A stretch of 61,801 nucleotides of DNA, counting the filler, from Choristocarpus tenellus KU-1152 (Eukaryota > Protista > Phaeophyceae): NCBI GenBank assembly GCA_964200185.2. It is 7 parts of 7 records of this genome, joined end to end, with 100 filler letters (N's around TTAATTAATTAA, not from the genome) between each part and the next. Parts side by side here need not be neighbours in the genome. Positions count along the whole stretch, not along the records: positions 11,062 to 28,416 come from CAXNAD020000684.1; positions 28,517 to 31,296 come from CAXNAD020024815.1; positions 31,397 to 38,871 come from CAXNAD020006097.1; 4 more parts are not named here. One strand, written 5' to 3'. Below the pieces are notes generated by a model, which was given only the letters and a program-made list of their open reading frames with translations, made no database searches and was not told the origin of the DNA. The translations under genes were made by a program, and so were the position numbers. Shown here piece by piece: positions 23,536-36,400 of this stretch; positions within the stretch are counted from its first letter, which is position 1, and each line of letters opens with the position of its first letter.

Positions 23536-26095
23536 GGGGATGTTTTTAAATGATTAACCGACCTTTTCAGTTCAGTTTTTCTGATTAATCGAAGTGAAGT
23601 CGATTGAACTATTGGGATTCATGACACTACTGATTTGCGTATTGCGCCTTTGTGTTGCTGAAAGCAGTCAGAAATGCCCACCTTCAGTTGTACCGATGTT
23701 TGGAGTGGGTATCCAAAGTCAAGTCTCCGGACAATTAGGGTGCTGACGAGGGCAACCCGAACATGAAGGTCAACACAATTTATATACAATGTCCTACCAC
23801 CGTTTCGTCTATCGTCCTCCTTCTCTACTGCCTCTAGAATAACTTTAGAACTGCGCAGTTACCCTGCACATTCTCTGTGTCCCCCTGCCTGGATCGCACT
23901 CCCTTAATTATCTACTAGAACTGAACTCCCCTCTTAGGTGTGCTCTTGATGGAGGTGCCCAAACCAATTTTTTAATACCCCCACCTACTCTCCATGCCTG
24001 ATCTTTCATCCGCCGTGCACCATGCCAATGTTTCGTCCATGTTCCTCCATCCCTCTCAAAATGTCCTGTTGGGATGTTTTTTCTTCAGTCACGACCTCAA
24101 CTCCTTCCTCCTTGCTATTGATATTGCATGGTACAATGATACAATCAATGTCTAGTTTCCATATGGCCCCTGCCTGTACTCACTCCCGAATTATTTTCGA
24201 AAAACACAAATTCTCTCTCTTGCTCTTGGTGAGGTTGCCTGACAAGATTTCAATCAATAGCAAGGCTTATTTTTTCATCTGTCCAAAATACCTAGTTAGG
24301 AATCATCCTCATCCATCCAACCCCCATTTTGTTCGGTTGCAATGTCCTACTTTTCCCACCATACCCCAAGCCCCCTCCTAATCCTATCACAAATTTGTTA
24401 AATATCCCCGGCCATGGCCTCGTTGCCTGTATTTGTTCACAGGATTAATTCGGCAAACTAATAACCTCAAGTGTAGACAGTGCATGGGGTATGAGTTGAA
24501 CCTTGAAGTTCAGCGAAAAGTTTCCGTCTGCACAGAACGCTTAGAAGGACAACCAACACATTGAGATCAACGTCATATCCAATACATCTTCCGAGTAAAT
24601 TGTGTCAGTAACGTCCTGCCCTTTATATTGGGCTGTTAAGACCCCTGAGTTATCCACTTATGCCTTTCCACTAAAAAAACACCAAATGCTTATTGGTATG
24701 CTTCTGCATCCCCGTGCCCTCCTTTTTTTATGCTCTTTCTATCTTCCGGGTTCCTGCACTCCCTCATCTTCATATTGCACCACGCTTTTGCCCAATTACT
24801 CTAGCTGATTTATTTCCAAGAATATTTCGGTTCATAACATCACTTGACACACCATTATTAGTAGCAAATATCTACATAATGCCTGATACCAGAGCTGGTA
24901 GCCCGATGCAATTGCAGGTGGTGATGGGTGATGGGTGAGGGAATAGGCAAAACAATCAAGATACAACCAAGAAGAGATGAAAGAGAAAGTGTGGTGATAC
25001 AGGTCATGCAACACATTTCGAGAAGTTTATTCTGTGCGCCACACGTTGGGGAAAATACCTTCCTAATCCTTCGGATTCATCAAAAAAGCCGTGGTGAAAG
25101 GTTCAATCCACCGGTAATGGATATTTGATCCACTCTTTGACAGCTTAGAAATACAGATTAGTTATATATTTTGCGTATGTATGCCGTATCAGAAGTGTTG
25201 GTCAAATCGATATGCTGTGAAAAATATTTTTTCATTTCTAGTCTGTCAAAAAAGTGTCAATATCCACTTTCAACCACAAGCTATATAGTGCAACCCATAT
25301 ATTTCCTCGAGAGCTACTTCCTCCTCAAGTCAACTAAATATCGTCATTCGAATCAATTACGTAGAAAAAAAAATTACATCCTTACGCACATACTTGCCAC
25401 TCCTGAACGACAATTCTGCACCGCCCTATGAGCTATGAACTAAGAAGGTTTTACACCCTACTGGATTATCCTTATCAGGGCTTATTCGAGATGCCTTGAG
25501 TGTAATAGGGGGTCAAGAATTTGTATGATGCCAAAGGTCACGGCAATATGCAAGACAACCTATGAACTTCATGCCTTTCCATTTTCATTCATACTGTTAT
25601 CCGCTTCACATCTATCACTTAGTCTGGGGAGGATCTTTCTCGTGGTCAGAGTCATTTTTAACACACACTGCACTACATATTTAATTACTACTATACTAGT
25701 AACTGGCTAAGTGCTGCACTGTAACCAATTGTACTCTGTTCCCGCCTTACTTTTCGCGTGTTTGGGTTCAGCACTCCCACCCCTGGTCACTCTGTCTCCT
25801 TCCTTCAAACTTCTTCTGGACCTGTCTTCAAGCTTCCACCTCGATTTGGTACATCATTTTTGTGGTATAGCCACGTATAGGATAGTACAGGTGTACAGTT
25901 CATTGTGCCTGGCACGTGGAATTGGATAATCAAAACCAGATGTCCACGAAAAAAAGTCTGTCTCGTGCCGAGAGTGTTTGACCCCACAAAATTCATGCAG
26001 GCAACCCCCACCTTATCCACTGAGTGACGAGGATGCCCTAAATTAATGGGTACTGGTCACTATAAAAATCTGAATTCAACGATTCATCTTTCTAA

Positions 26096-26323
26096 TGCCC
26101 TTTTTGTCCGTTTGGGGCTTAGCTTCCCACGGTTTTCTTATGACATTTTACCTACTCCAAAATGTTTCTAAGTAGATAAAATGTATACGTTATGTATAGG
26201 CGTGTCCGGAACAAGGATATTGCAACTTCCTAACAAACACGATAGCAACAATTACATCAAAATCTCAACATTGGATTTGGCCCCCAAACGGACGCGGCTC
26301 TACCCTCTAAGATAATTTGACTC
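26096..26323. mobile_element. MITE family A, copy 4 (one TIR lost)
   Basis: Matches the copy 3 body and ends TACCCTCTAAGATAATTTGACTC. Confidence 0.8.
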
Positions 26324-28703
26324 ACTTTTAAAAATCTTTTGATTTATGTGTGAGTACGGACAAAGGGTATACAGTAGAGAAAAATGATAAATAACTAATA
26401 ATTTCAATTTTATCTCTTAGGTGCATTGGTTAAAGATCAATTCAAATCAGTGTTATTGTTCCAAGGTTTTTGCTGCATAGTGTAGTCTTGCACGATCTGG
26501 GTAGTTTTTCTCTAGATGAGTTGACTTTTGATTATTGGCTTTCGGAGTAACTCTCCATGTGAAATATGTTACTCAAATTATGTACACTAGGTATAATATT
26601 TTTCTTTAAAACATATCTTTGCCATGAAACATGTTTGTGATTGCGTAAACAAACAGTTGTGTGTCCAGGTGGAATTGGAAACAATTTGTTTTTGGTGATT
26701 CAGTAGACCAACGGGCAATTCAGTGTATTTTGGTTTGTGTAATGTATGTGCTCCTCGTGGAAATTTTATAATTCCGTCCTTTTCGAACCACTAGTATACA
26801 TTGCACTAATACATCAAGTAGTATAAGTTTTTTTAGCCTTTACTTATGTGTAATACAGTTCTCAGACCGCACGTAGCGTTGGCAACGGATATCCGCAGAT
26901 CCATCTTTATATTTTGTTTTGGTTGGGTGGGAATCGTTGGTTCATCTGGAGCATACCATTGAGTTAAGTATGCAAGAAAGGTGTCAGGTGTTTTTTTTAT
27001 GCAATACACCAGAAGTGGGGATCTACCAAGGTGAAATTCAGTTACCACCAATTTTTTTCTATCAGTTACGGACATATTGCCCCTCCCTCGTTCACACTAT
27101 CGTTCTGGAATACTAGAAAAAAGTGTGAAACGGTAGCAAAAAACCCACTCTTGTTTGGGACTAGGACTCACTTCCACTTCGACCCTACCTACCCCAACAC
27201 ATCCATGGTCAGAGGCACTGAACAACTCACTACTTCTCATTACCTACGAACAAACCGTTCGTTGCACTATGACTAATTGCATGACCCCATGCTTGCGCTT
27301 GCACTTTCTCGTTCATTGAACTTAGCCATTCCAACTCTTGTCACTCCGCCTCCTCCAACAAGATTTGTGTAGTACTCGCCTGCACCTTACCACCATGATT
27401 GAAGGTTTTTCACATTATTTAGCTCTTTAACAACAGACAGGACGGTGCAGGTGTGCCTTTCCATTGTGCATTCTATGTAGTCCATTGAAGGTTTCAATGA
27501 AAAGAAAGTCTGACTTTGATCAGGTTGTAGTCCTTGCATTCCAGCAAAGGGAGGTGGCATCTACAATCAATCGCTGAGGTACAAGAACGCTCAAAATCCA
27601 GGTAATATGTTGAGTCCCCTACCACTTAGTCCAAATTATTTGGAGTGAACATTATATCCCAAAACACTTACCTGAAATGCGCACATTTCGCGAAAAATGT
27701 GAACCTACTGTCAACACCATCTAGAACATCATTGACAACAGATAATTCCCTTGTACAATATAACACTACCAACCGTGATGATGTGTACACTCACCAAAAT
27801 GATAAATGATATTGTCCTCCTACAACAGGACGAATCAGAGTGGGCACCAGGTTCCTTTTAAAGAGTAGGTCTTGTTCAACATGCCAACACCAGTAATCTG
27901 CTAAGCACAACCCTAGCACGGTCAAAACGGAGAGGCCTTCCATACGGTAGTTGTTACAATCTGATAGTTGAAGACAAATTGGCACAAAGTATTGACATCT
28001 ATGTATGTCTATACACAGTACAGACTTCATCCGTTCATTACTTACACATTTTTAAAAGTGAGTGTACTCATTGTCACCGTTACAAATGATGGCTCCAAAA
28101 CATGCTCTCGAGATATTTTAGGGAGCGCGACAAAGTCCGTCAAATTTGCTACAATGTAAGAAATGAGGTTCCGAGACCGAATTGTTTCGCCTTCTTCTCA
28201 CTAATTTTATGTTCTGAATGGTGTTAACACTGTAGTAGATGGGTGTTTAGGTTTGAAATGAAAACAAAACAGAGGGTTGGCCCATATACGGGAGTGGGTA
28301 TACGTGGGAGTGGGTATACGTCATCTCGAAATGAGTGATCTTATTAGAGATCAAGTGTGGAAAGCATGTTTGTCTGTTATTATACCGTTATTGCCGTATG
28401 CCATATACCGTTATACNNNNNNNNNNNNNNNNNNNNNNNNNNNNNNNNNNNNNNNNNNNNTTAATTAATTAANNNNNNNNNNNNNNNNNNNNNNNNNNNN
28501 NNNNNNNNNNNNNNNNGCGGTCGGTGGTGTCGTTTGACTGTCGATGGTGGAGGTGGTAGAAAAAAATAGTACTTCGAAGTAGTTTTTTTCTGGGCGGCGT
28601 TTCATCGTCGTTATGGGTGTTTGACTGACTGAGAAGAAGAAGTGTTATTTTCCCATATTATTAAATTGTTTATCAATTATTGCTATCGTCACCAAGTAGA
28701 AGA

Positions 28704-30946
28704 AGAAGCTACCACTGAGCGCATATAAGTATTGACATTATATGATGATCGACCTCTTTGTGCGAATATCTCAGTCATGCCCGAGATATTGCTTGTTGCG
28801 ATCTGCCCCCTCCCCCCACCCTGTCAGATATGCCGATCTGCATTTATCTATTTTCTCGGGCAAGTTGTTGGACTTGTCATGGTGTTTTCGGGCAACAGGT
28901 GGTCTTGGGTAGTGAGAAGGTCTAGGAGTGATGAGATTCGAAGCCGGGCGTATGAACTTTGTTTAAGCTCCGCGCGATCCGTCGGACCACCCTGAGATCC
29001 ATGATCCTGAAAATCCGTGCATTACGGTTTTAGGAAGTTAGAAATCCTATGATATCCGTACTTACAAATTGTTTAAAATACAAAGCACATACTTCATTGA
29101 TCTTGTATGTTTCCAATGTTCAGTAACCAAAACGTCAAAAAACAACTCTAACCCTCTACATATTTGAAGTACAAAGTCTTACCAAATCGGACATATCGAT
29201 TGTCATAAACTGTAGAGTAGATAAGAAGTGCTTCTTTGGGTAAAAGGGATCAGCGCTGATCTCGAATACCTGAAGATCCACTTTACACGTGCATTAGGAT
29301 TTTTTTAAATACCAAGAACGCACTTTATGGGTCTCACACGTTTCCAATTTTCAGAAACTGAAAGAAGTCTTTCCAACTGGTACCCACTATTTATTTAAAT
29401 ACTAAAGACGCTTTAAACACTAGAGACAACAAAAAAGCGGATCTATGGTATTCAAGATTCGCGCTGATCTCGTTTACCGTTCAACACCCAAAACACGTGC
29501 GTAAGGGTTTTTACAAAATTAGAATGATATTCTAATCTTTACATCAACAAATACAGATACAACCCACATCCTTCATTGATCTAATACGTTTGAAACGTAC
29601 GAAACGAAAAGGTCACAAAAATACAGGTACTCTCTGTCTCTTTCCAATATGAAATCGTATGCTGTTCAATATTCATATTTTTACAACACAATTCTCATAA
29701 AAAATGTGAAATCTGAGTTTGAGGATCGACAGACCAGATGACATAAAGCAGCGTCAAAATAATAATGATATTCTAATCTTTACATCAACAAATACAATTA
29801 CAAACCACATCCTTCATTGATCCAATACATTTGAAAGGTACGAAACGAAAAGGTCACAAAAAACTGCTACTCTGTCTCTTTCCAATATGAAATCGTATGC
29901 TGTTCGATATTCGTATTTTTTCTAACACAATTGTCAAGGGAAAGACAAATCTGAGTTTTGAGGACCGAATGACCAGATGAAAAAAGCAGCACCTCCCATC
30001 CCTCAGTCCTCATTTCAATTCATTCCCTTCAGTACATACCACGTGCACCTGTTATTTACCGATCCCCGTCACACCCTCCCAACCTTCGCCATGTCCAGCA
30101 TTCGCTCAACAACAACCCACCCGCCCGCCGATGGCACTGCCCACGGATCGAGAACGTGGGACAGCGATCTGAAGGGCATGTCCTCGCTCCTAGAATATCA
30201 CTACCTCGACACGTACCGGATGAAACTCGGTAACATCACATGCACAGAGATGGTGCATCCACTGAGCGAGCATGGTCTTGCGCACACCAGCAAGTCTATC
30301 CACAAGAAAGGCTGACCGGAGCAGTTTGCTCCATCTGTGGTAATCCAGCGAGACTCTTTAGGTAATGGGGACCAGCTCACCGCCGAAACTGTGCTTGCCA
30401 TTCAAGGACGTACACTGGACAGAAACCATAGAATGACGGTGCTGAAGAGAGAGTTTGATCCCGAACGCGCTTTCATGATGCGGGTCTACATGGAGTTCAA
30501 CCAAGCAGAAGAAAGGCTAATTGCCAACGGTGGGTGATGGAGTGTTGTCGTGATTCCATGATCGCCTGATGACTCTTCTGATCTACCAAGTTGTTACCGA
30601 GTTTCCTTTGTTTTTTTGTCAGTCCGTTGTTGATCTTTTCGCTGTTGATCTTTTTTATCCCTTGTGGTCTTTTTGTCGACAGCAACATGTTGCTCACTAC
30701 TGCCTACCACGTGTGTCCCGCGACCACTTCCCACCTACCCCTTGCCCCGTTCGCCCACTGCGATGTGTTACAAGCCCAACAACTTCCCCGAGAAAATAGA
30801 TAAATGCAGATCGGCGTATCTGATAGGGTGGGGTGGGGGGGGGGCAGATCGCAACAAACGATATCTCGGGCAAGACTGAGATATTCGTACAAAGAGGTCG
30901 ATCCTCATATAATGCCAATACTTATATGCGCTCAGTGGCAGCTTCT
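28704..30946. mobile_element. 2.2-kb element bounded by ~175-bp inverted repeats (unclassified DNA transposon / foldback-like)
   Basis: 28704-28877 is the reverse complement of 30770-30946 (AGAAGCTRCCACTGAGCGCATATAAGTATTG...). Internal ~240-bp direct repeats (29523-29760, 29765-29990; older copy ~29045-29200) and an internal inverted pair 29239-29279/29439-29478. Confidence 0.7.
30091..30537 (+). pseudogene. 148-codon ORF with one in-frame TGA; weak Myb/SANT-like (trihelix) similarity
   Basis: ORFs 29977-30315 and 30337-30537 share a frame. RTW...SSLL...TCTEMVHPLSEHGLAHTSKSIHKK*PEQF resembles the Myb/SANT-like pattern of transposon DNA-binding proteins. Confidence 0.4.
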
Positions 30947-31004
30947 GTCAGAATAGTATAACCATCGTCATCCCAACAAAGTGGACTTGCACCTTCGACA
31001 CAAA

Positions 31005-31296
31005 TGGAAGCCGGAGACTAAGGAGACATGAGATATGGTACGATCGATAACAAGCATGAACTGGAGGTCAAGAAGATACTTTGGGTACCTGTGGTATGCC
31101 ATGCCGAGTATTGAGCAGTGGGACCCTGGGACAAGATGACAGAGTTAATCGAGGCAATGCAGCCGGAGCTGGAATCCTGAGCCTGAGCCTGAGTCTGAGC
31201 CGCAAGAATCTACCTATCTATGGACCTAGAGCAGTGATCACAACACTTGTCCCTGAAGGGGGCATGCCCATCGATTGGAGACCCCAAGATTCTTGC
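31005..31296 (+). mobile_element. Fragment of a second copy of the 2544-6172 Copia family (gag region), cut by the contig end
   Basis: GATATGGTACGATCGATAACAAGCATGAACTGGAG and ACAACACTTGTCCCT...ATTGGAGACCCCAAGATTCTTGC match the reverse complement of ~4935-5055. Confidence 0.8.
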
Positions 31297-32132
31297 NNNN
31301 NNNNNNNNNNNNNNNNNNNNNNNNNNNNNNNNNNNNNNNNTTAATTAATTAANNNNNNNNNNNNNNNNNNNNNNNNNNNNNNNNNNNNNNNNNNNNATTG
31401 TTCCATTACTCCATAAATAATTTACCGTAACTGTCCGATAGAGTTGGAAGAGTCTAATCGAACACCATACCCCTCAATTACCTAACACTGGGTTCATTGA
31501 ACCCCAACCCCCAATAACTGACTCTGCTCCAAGGATCATGCCATAATCAAGTACTTCCAAGCAAGAAAATTAGTAGCACCTCCCTCATGGCTTCCCCTCG
31601 AGTTAGTTCATAATAAGTGTATTCCACACATTTGAAAACAACTGAGGTTGAGTTCTCTCTCACTCAAATCAACTTAATGGTCACACCCCACATGTTTTGA
31701 TTAGCACATCAACTTTTACTTGGTCCATGCAATATGCCACTCAAGTTTTGCCACACTCAACTTTTCATTCCATTAACTCCTTGAAAGCTCTCCAATTCAA
31801 CACGTTTTTGTTCTCTTCTTCTTGAATCCTGCTGTAAGCTAAAACTCTTATCCATTTACACCACCTCCTACTGCTTCCAATTACCATCTATCAAGTTCAA
31901 CCCCACCTCACTTCCTTACCCACTCCCCCACCTCCCAAAATGCAACCACTCAATCAATGTCGAAGAAAATACCCAAAAGGTAGGGTTGAGAGGCAGGACA
32001 AAAGATCTCAAGGCACTCTTCACAAACAATACAAACTCACCCATCCTCCTGCACAAAATCTAATTTTAAAAAATTATATAAGCACCCCTCCCTCTCCAAA
32101 CCCTTTTAACACATCGAGTTAAGAGCACTCAC

Positions 32133-33302
32133 TCTAGCTCTGAAGACCTCGCCTCAAGCAGCTCAAGGACCTGTTCAAACCTTGTGGAAAATAGATTCAA
32201 TGAGGTTGTGATGGCACCATTGGGGCCCAGGCCGTACTGGCCCATCACCTTTCACCGTCATGATTTTAAGAAGTGGGGAAAACTTGAGAATAGTTAGGAA
32301 GTATGTGGGGATCTAGGGTGGAAAACTTCTGCCTCCTGATGTTGAATGGAACTATGTTTTAAAGCGGCGAACAGCGTATAAATGTAGAGAGAAAACTAGA
32401 ACGAGAAATTTTGGGCTCCTAAGGGGCTCAGGCAATGTTAACCTAACCCAATTTTTGACACACAAATCACTAGCCATTGAGGTCTTGACCCGACATTAGT
32501 CATCACCTCTTTGTAGTTCACCGTATCCCTGATATCAATGCTGGCTCCAAATGGGACCTGCCATGTACAGAGTACAGTGGTGTGTCGTGGGCACAGGAGG
32601 TAAGTAACCCATCCACAGGGGGCCGAGATGTAGTTGAACAGTACCCCTTGAGTCGTTCTTGGCGCTTGAGCAGCCAGACCCTCACAGCACAACATACCAA
32701 CCGCGTCAACCCAGCTCTCATCCATCATTTTCTTCAATGTGAGTAGGCTTGGGAAATGCCACATCAATAACGGCAACGAGGTGGACGATTATCACAAGGA
32801 ATCACGATTCATCGTCCCAGAACGTATCCGCCTCGGACCATGTACAGGGCAATCGGCGAAGCAAGCCTCCTGAGCCCATATCAATACTGCAATAATATGG
32901 GGGAAAGCCTGAATAAAGTTGGGAGTGGTCATGTCAAAATTCCGCCCAGAAAACTTACAGCACTCCCACCTGCTTCACGGCAGGGTCCAAGTTGATGAAG
33001 TAGCTGCGGATGCCCTTTTGTGTGGTGTAAAGATTCAATCGTTGCAAAAGTGTCGTCTTACCGCTCCCTGCCATCCCCATAACAATACAAACTACTGGTT
33101 TCTTCCCAGTGCTCTTGACAGCACCTCCAGTCCCCCCAGAGGCTCCTGTAGCCTCTACATCAAGTCCACCAGAAACCCCAACCCTTGGTTCCGAGCTTCC
33201 TCCCTTCTCTTCTCTCTCAGTCGATACTGCAGCCCCCTCTGCTACAGATCCCTCCACAGATGGAAAGGGGGGAGATAATGAAGTCATTTTCTCGGACTCC
33301 AT
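32133..33302 (-). CDS. GPN1: GPN-loop GTPase 1 (XAB1/Npa3), first three exons; remainder beyond the contig end
   Basis: Exons 32970-33302, 32507-32557, 32133-32248: [10 protein letters not shown]-loop, [43 protein letters not shown]. Confidence 0.93.
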
Positions 33303-33462
33303 GGTAGATTTCAAACTCCTCAACTTTGCATACACGACGACTTTCTGTCTGAATAATAAAGAGAAACCCCAACACTCACCAACAAACGATTGCCGACGCC
33401 TCTATCGGGAGAAACTGAAAGATCCTCACAATCTCAACACAACACACCCTCGTAAAACTCAG
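33303..33462. promoter_or_regulatory. Putative bidirectional promoter / 5' UTRs between divergent ATGs
   Basis: Only 160 bp separate the GPN1 ATG (33302, minus) from the EF-hand/calpain ATG (33463, plus). Confidence 0.55.
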
Positions 33463-36400
33463 ATGGGTACAGGGTGGTCTGCACCTCCGGGAAAGGCAGT
33501 TGTCCCATCGATTCTCCTTCCCTTTACTGTATGGACCAAGCACGACCTGCACAATTTAAAGCGTCGGCATACTTTCAATCTTGGAGGTTTGTTCGACCTT
33601 TGCATTGCTGTTGTTTTACGAACTGATCAGGATCAACTTAACATGCCGCACCCACATGCAATGCCGATGTTGCCGGGAAACAACCGAAATGACGGCCACT
33701 TTGGAGATTGAGATCAACCCGAGGATTCAAATTTTGTGTGCAAAACATTAGTCTATATCTCTATCTCTCGTCCCTCGCCTCGGATATTTTCCTGTTGATG
33801 GTTTCCCAGCTTAAGTCGTAAACAATAAGTTGCAGCACTGTTGCCATATTTTGTACCAGCCTCCCTCTCCTCGACCCAAATGATCGATTCCACTGTGTAT
33901 GATACAGGAGCCTTCGCGCTCTGCTCCAAGCAGGTGGAGCGCCTCCTTGGACTTGATCCTGTCACTGCTAGCGACATCTTCGACGGCGTGTTCGACACAG
34001 ACAAAAATGGGTTAGTAGATGCCTTCGAAATTATGTGAGTCTACCGACCCTGGCCATCTCCCTACCTCGTTGATGCTGGTTTCTCGGCCAAAATTAGGCA
34101 CGTTATGAAATGAGAAGCAACGGGTTCGAAGAAGATGATGGTCGTGTCGGTCCTACAATTTCCAAAGTAGACCCAAAGAGTAAATGTGCATCACAGTATC
34201 AGAGCAGGTAGGACAGCGAGAGAGGAACCCCAGTGTTTTGCCTTGTCCACTTTTCCTAAAAAGTGGTCTCCAAGCATTGTATTCCATAGAAAGGTGAGGT
34301 AACCCTTGCATCTGGGGGAGCTTTGCCTGGATACCTCAGAGGAAGTTCTTGTGCTGTTCCCGTTCTTGATCACTCCACAGAAATTTATTTGTCGACCTTT
34401 CTACGGATCGTCATGGGCAGGACCGCATTGCTAATCTCCCTATAGACTATGAGGGTATTTTGAAGGAATGAAGGATCTGCAGAAGAAAGAATGGAAGAAA
34501 ACCTTATTGTGTCGCTGCACAGGCTTGCTTGCCATGCATGCGATAGATTTGCAAAGATAGACCTATGAGAAACGTTTCTCATTGGTTGCAGTAAAAAAAA
34601 TCTAGAGCTCTCGATGAATAGAAGTACCTGACCCCCTCCCAGTAAATAAATATGTAACATGGACGTTTTTGGCATAAAACGTTCAGTGCACCTAGGCATT
34701 GTGGGGGGGGGGATAAAGATAGTTGGAGGGAGCAAGAAAAAAATAATGAGGTTCATGGGCAGTAGATGAGCATGCTTCCACAGGAGGAAGGTCTATAAAA
34801 GGCAAAGGTTTACAGATTACCCTCACACGAATAAGAGCCCATAGAAAGGTAATCTGGTGATGCTCCTTACAGTAGAACAATATTCCCCATGGGTTCAAAT
34901 TGTGTGAGAACCTACCGCAAACCACCATCTGCTAAATTTAACCGTATAGATCAATCACAACTCCACATCTTGCGTGAGTCACCCCCCCAATTATCCTTAC
35001 CCCTAGCTCCCAAATCCCACTCCCTGCTTGATTCTGAGCCAGGGTTACCATGGCCTTACTATCCTCTGCCTCTTCCTTCGACAAAGTGAACTTTGCCCAC
35101 TCGTTGTTTGACTTTGTGGGGGAGGGTGACCTCAATATCGACGAGACTACCATCCTCCTGCGGACGGCACTGGTCGGGTGTGGAAAGATAGATAGTAGGG
35201 TGGCAGTACCTTCCACCCAAGATTTGGAAGAGTTGTGTCGACAGGCGTTTGATGAGGTTTGTCGCAGCATGTTTAGTAAGTAAATCTGTGAGATAATTTT
35301 GGGGGGGAAGTATTGCAGGGGAGAAAAGATCACTTGCCTGCCTGTCTAAAAGGTGTATCTGTTCATTTGTATTGTTCATGCAGTACAGTATCACTATGCT
35401 ACTTTGAAAAAAGTACTGTATTGTTCACACTTTAAGTTCATTTCAGATAGATTTCTTTGATACCGCAGAATGTACAGGGTGACAAGTAAGAGGCATTGTG
35501 AGACAAACACGTACATATATTGTGGTGTTGGTGACAGAAAATCCTCTCCCACTCATTTTCAATGGTAGGTGTGATTGACAGTATAATTAGTAAATGGTGG
35601 CGTCCGAGCACACCTGACCTTGTCACATATACCCCAAATCTACTACCTAATCAAACTTCTGAGTAGAGTCATGTGCTAAATTCATCACTTCACCCTGACA
35701 GAATTTGAATGCCACAACACGAAACCAAATGTTCTCTCCTGCATCATCTACTCTCATTGAAAATATTCTTTTCCAATTCCCAACATAAGATTCCTAATAG
35801 AAAACTCAATCTCTCCTAAGGAATATTAGCTCTGAATCCAACCACAATGAACCTGAACAAACTACGCCTTCAGGAGGGCGTCAAGCAAGACGCTGACATT
35901 CCAAAGCACCTGTTCGAAGCCTTTACCTTCCGAGATCCTCGAATCAAGGTCTTGTCCAAATAGATTCCCTTCATTGTGTCACTCACCTCTTCCCAGAACC
36001 CACGATTGTTCTGTCAGTTGCAGATTTTATCCCAAGTGCAAGGCAAGAGAAGGTCTGTATCTTTATTACATTATGGAGATGTTATTAGTAATGTTTGCTG
36101 TGTGCCATACTTGTGGAATGACATCCATTGGTGCAAACTCGGGCAGATGTTTACCCCTCAATCACTTGATTAGCAATTGCATCAAATCTTGGGGACTAAC
36201 CAAACCTGGTTCAGAATGGGGAGTCATATGAACGCCCTCCTGACCATCACCTACCCGGTGTAGTTGCAAGGTTTGGCTCAATGACCCAGCTGTCTATCGG
36301 TAGTGCTTCTAAAATTGTGGACATATCTCTCCGTCCTGAAGCTGGTGTTTTGAAACATGAGGTAGAGGAGCAAATGTGAAGACTTTTCGTAAAGTTTAAG

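Noticed and set aside
23800-25130. Degenerate LINE endonuclease/RT (also 19960-20440, 47600-47990)
   Set aside because: Texture suggests old TE, but no diagnostic motif could be recovered in any frame.
28713-28717. CACTG as a CACTA-superfamily terminus
   Set aside because: The inverted homology extends ~9 nt outside CACTG and there is no 3-bp TSD.
30313-30315. In-frame TGA as selenocysteine or programmed read-through
   Set aside because: No redox-motif context and no recognisable SECIS; a nonsense mutation in a TE ORF is simpler.
33109-33711. 200-aa plus-strand ORF
   Set aside because: Mostly antisense shadow of GPN1 exon 1; only 33463-33586 fits as exon 1 of the calpain-like gene.
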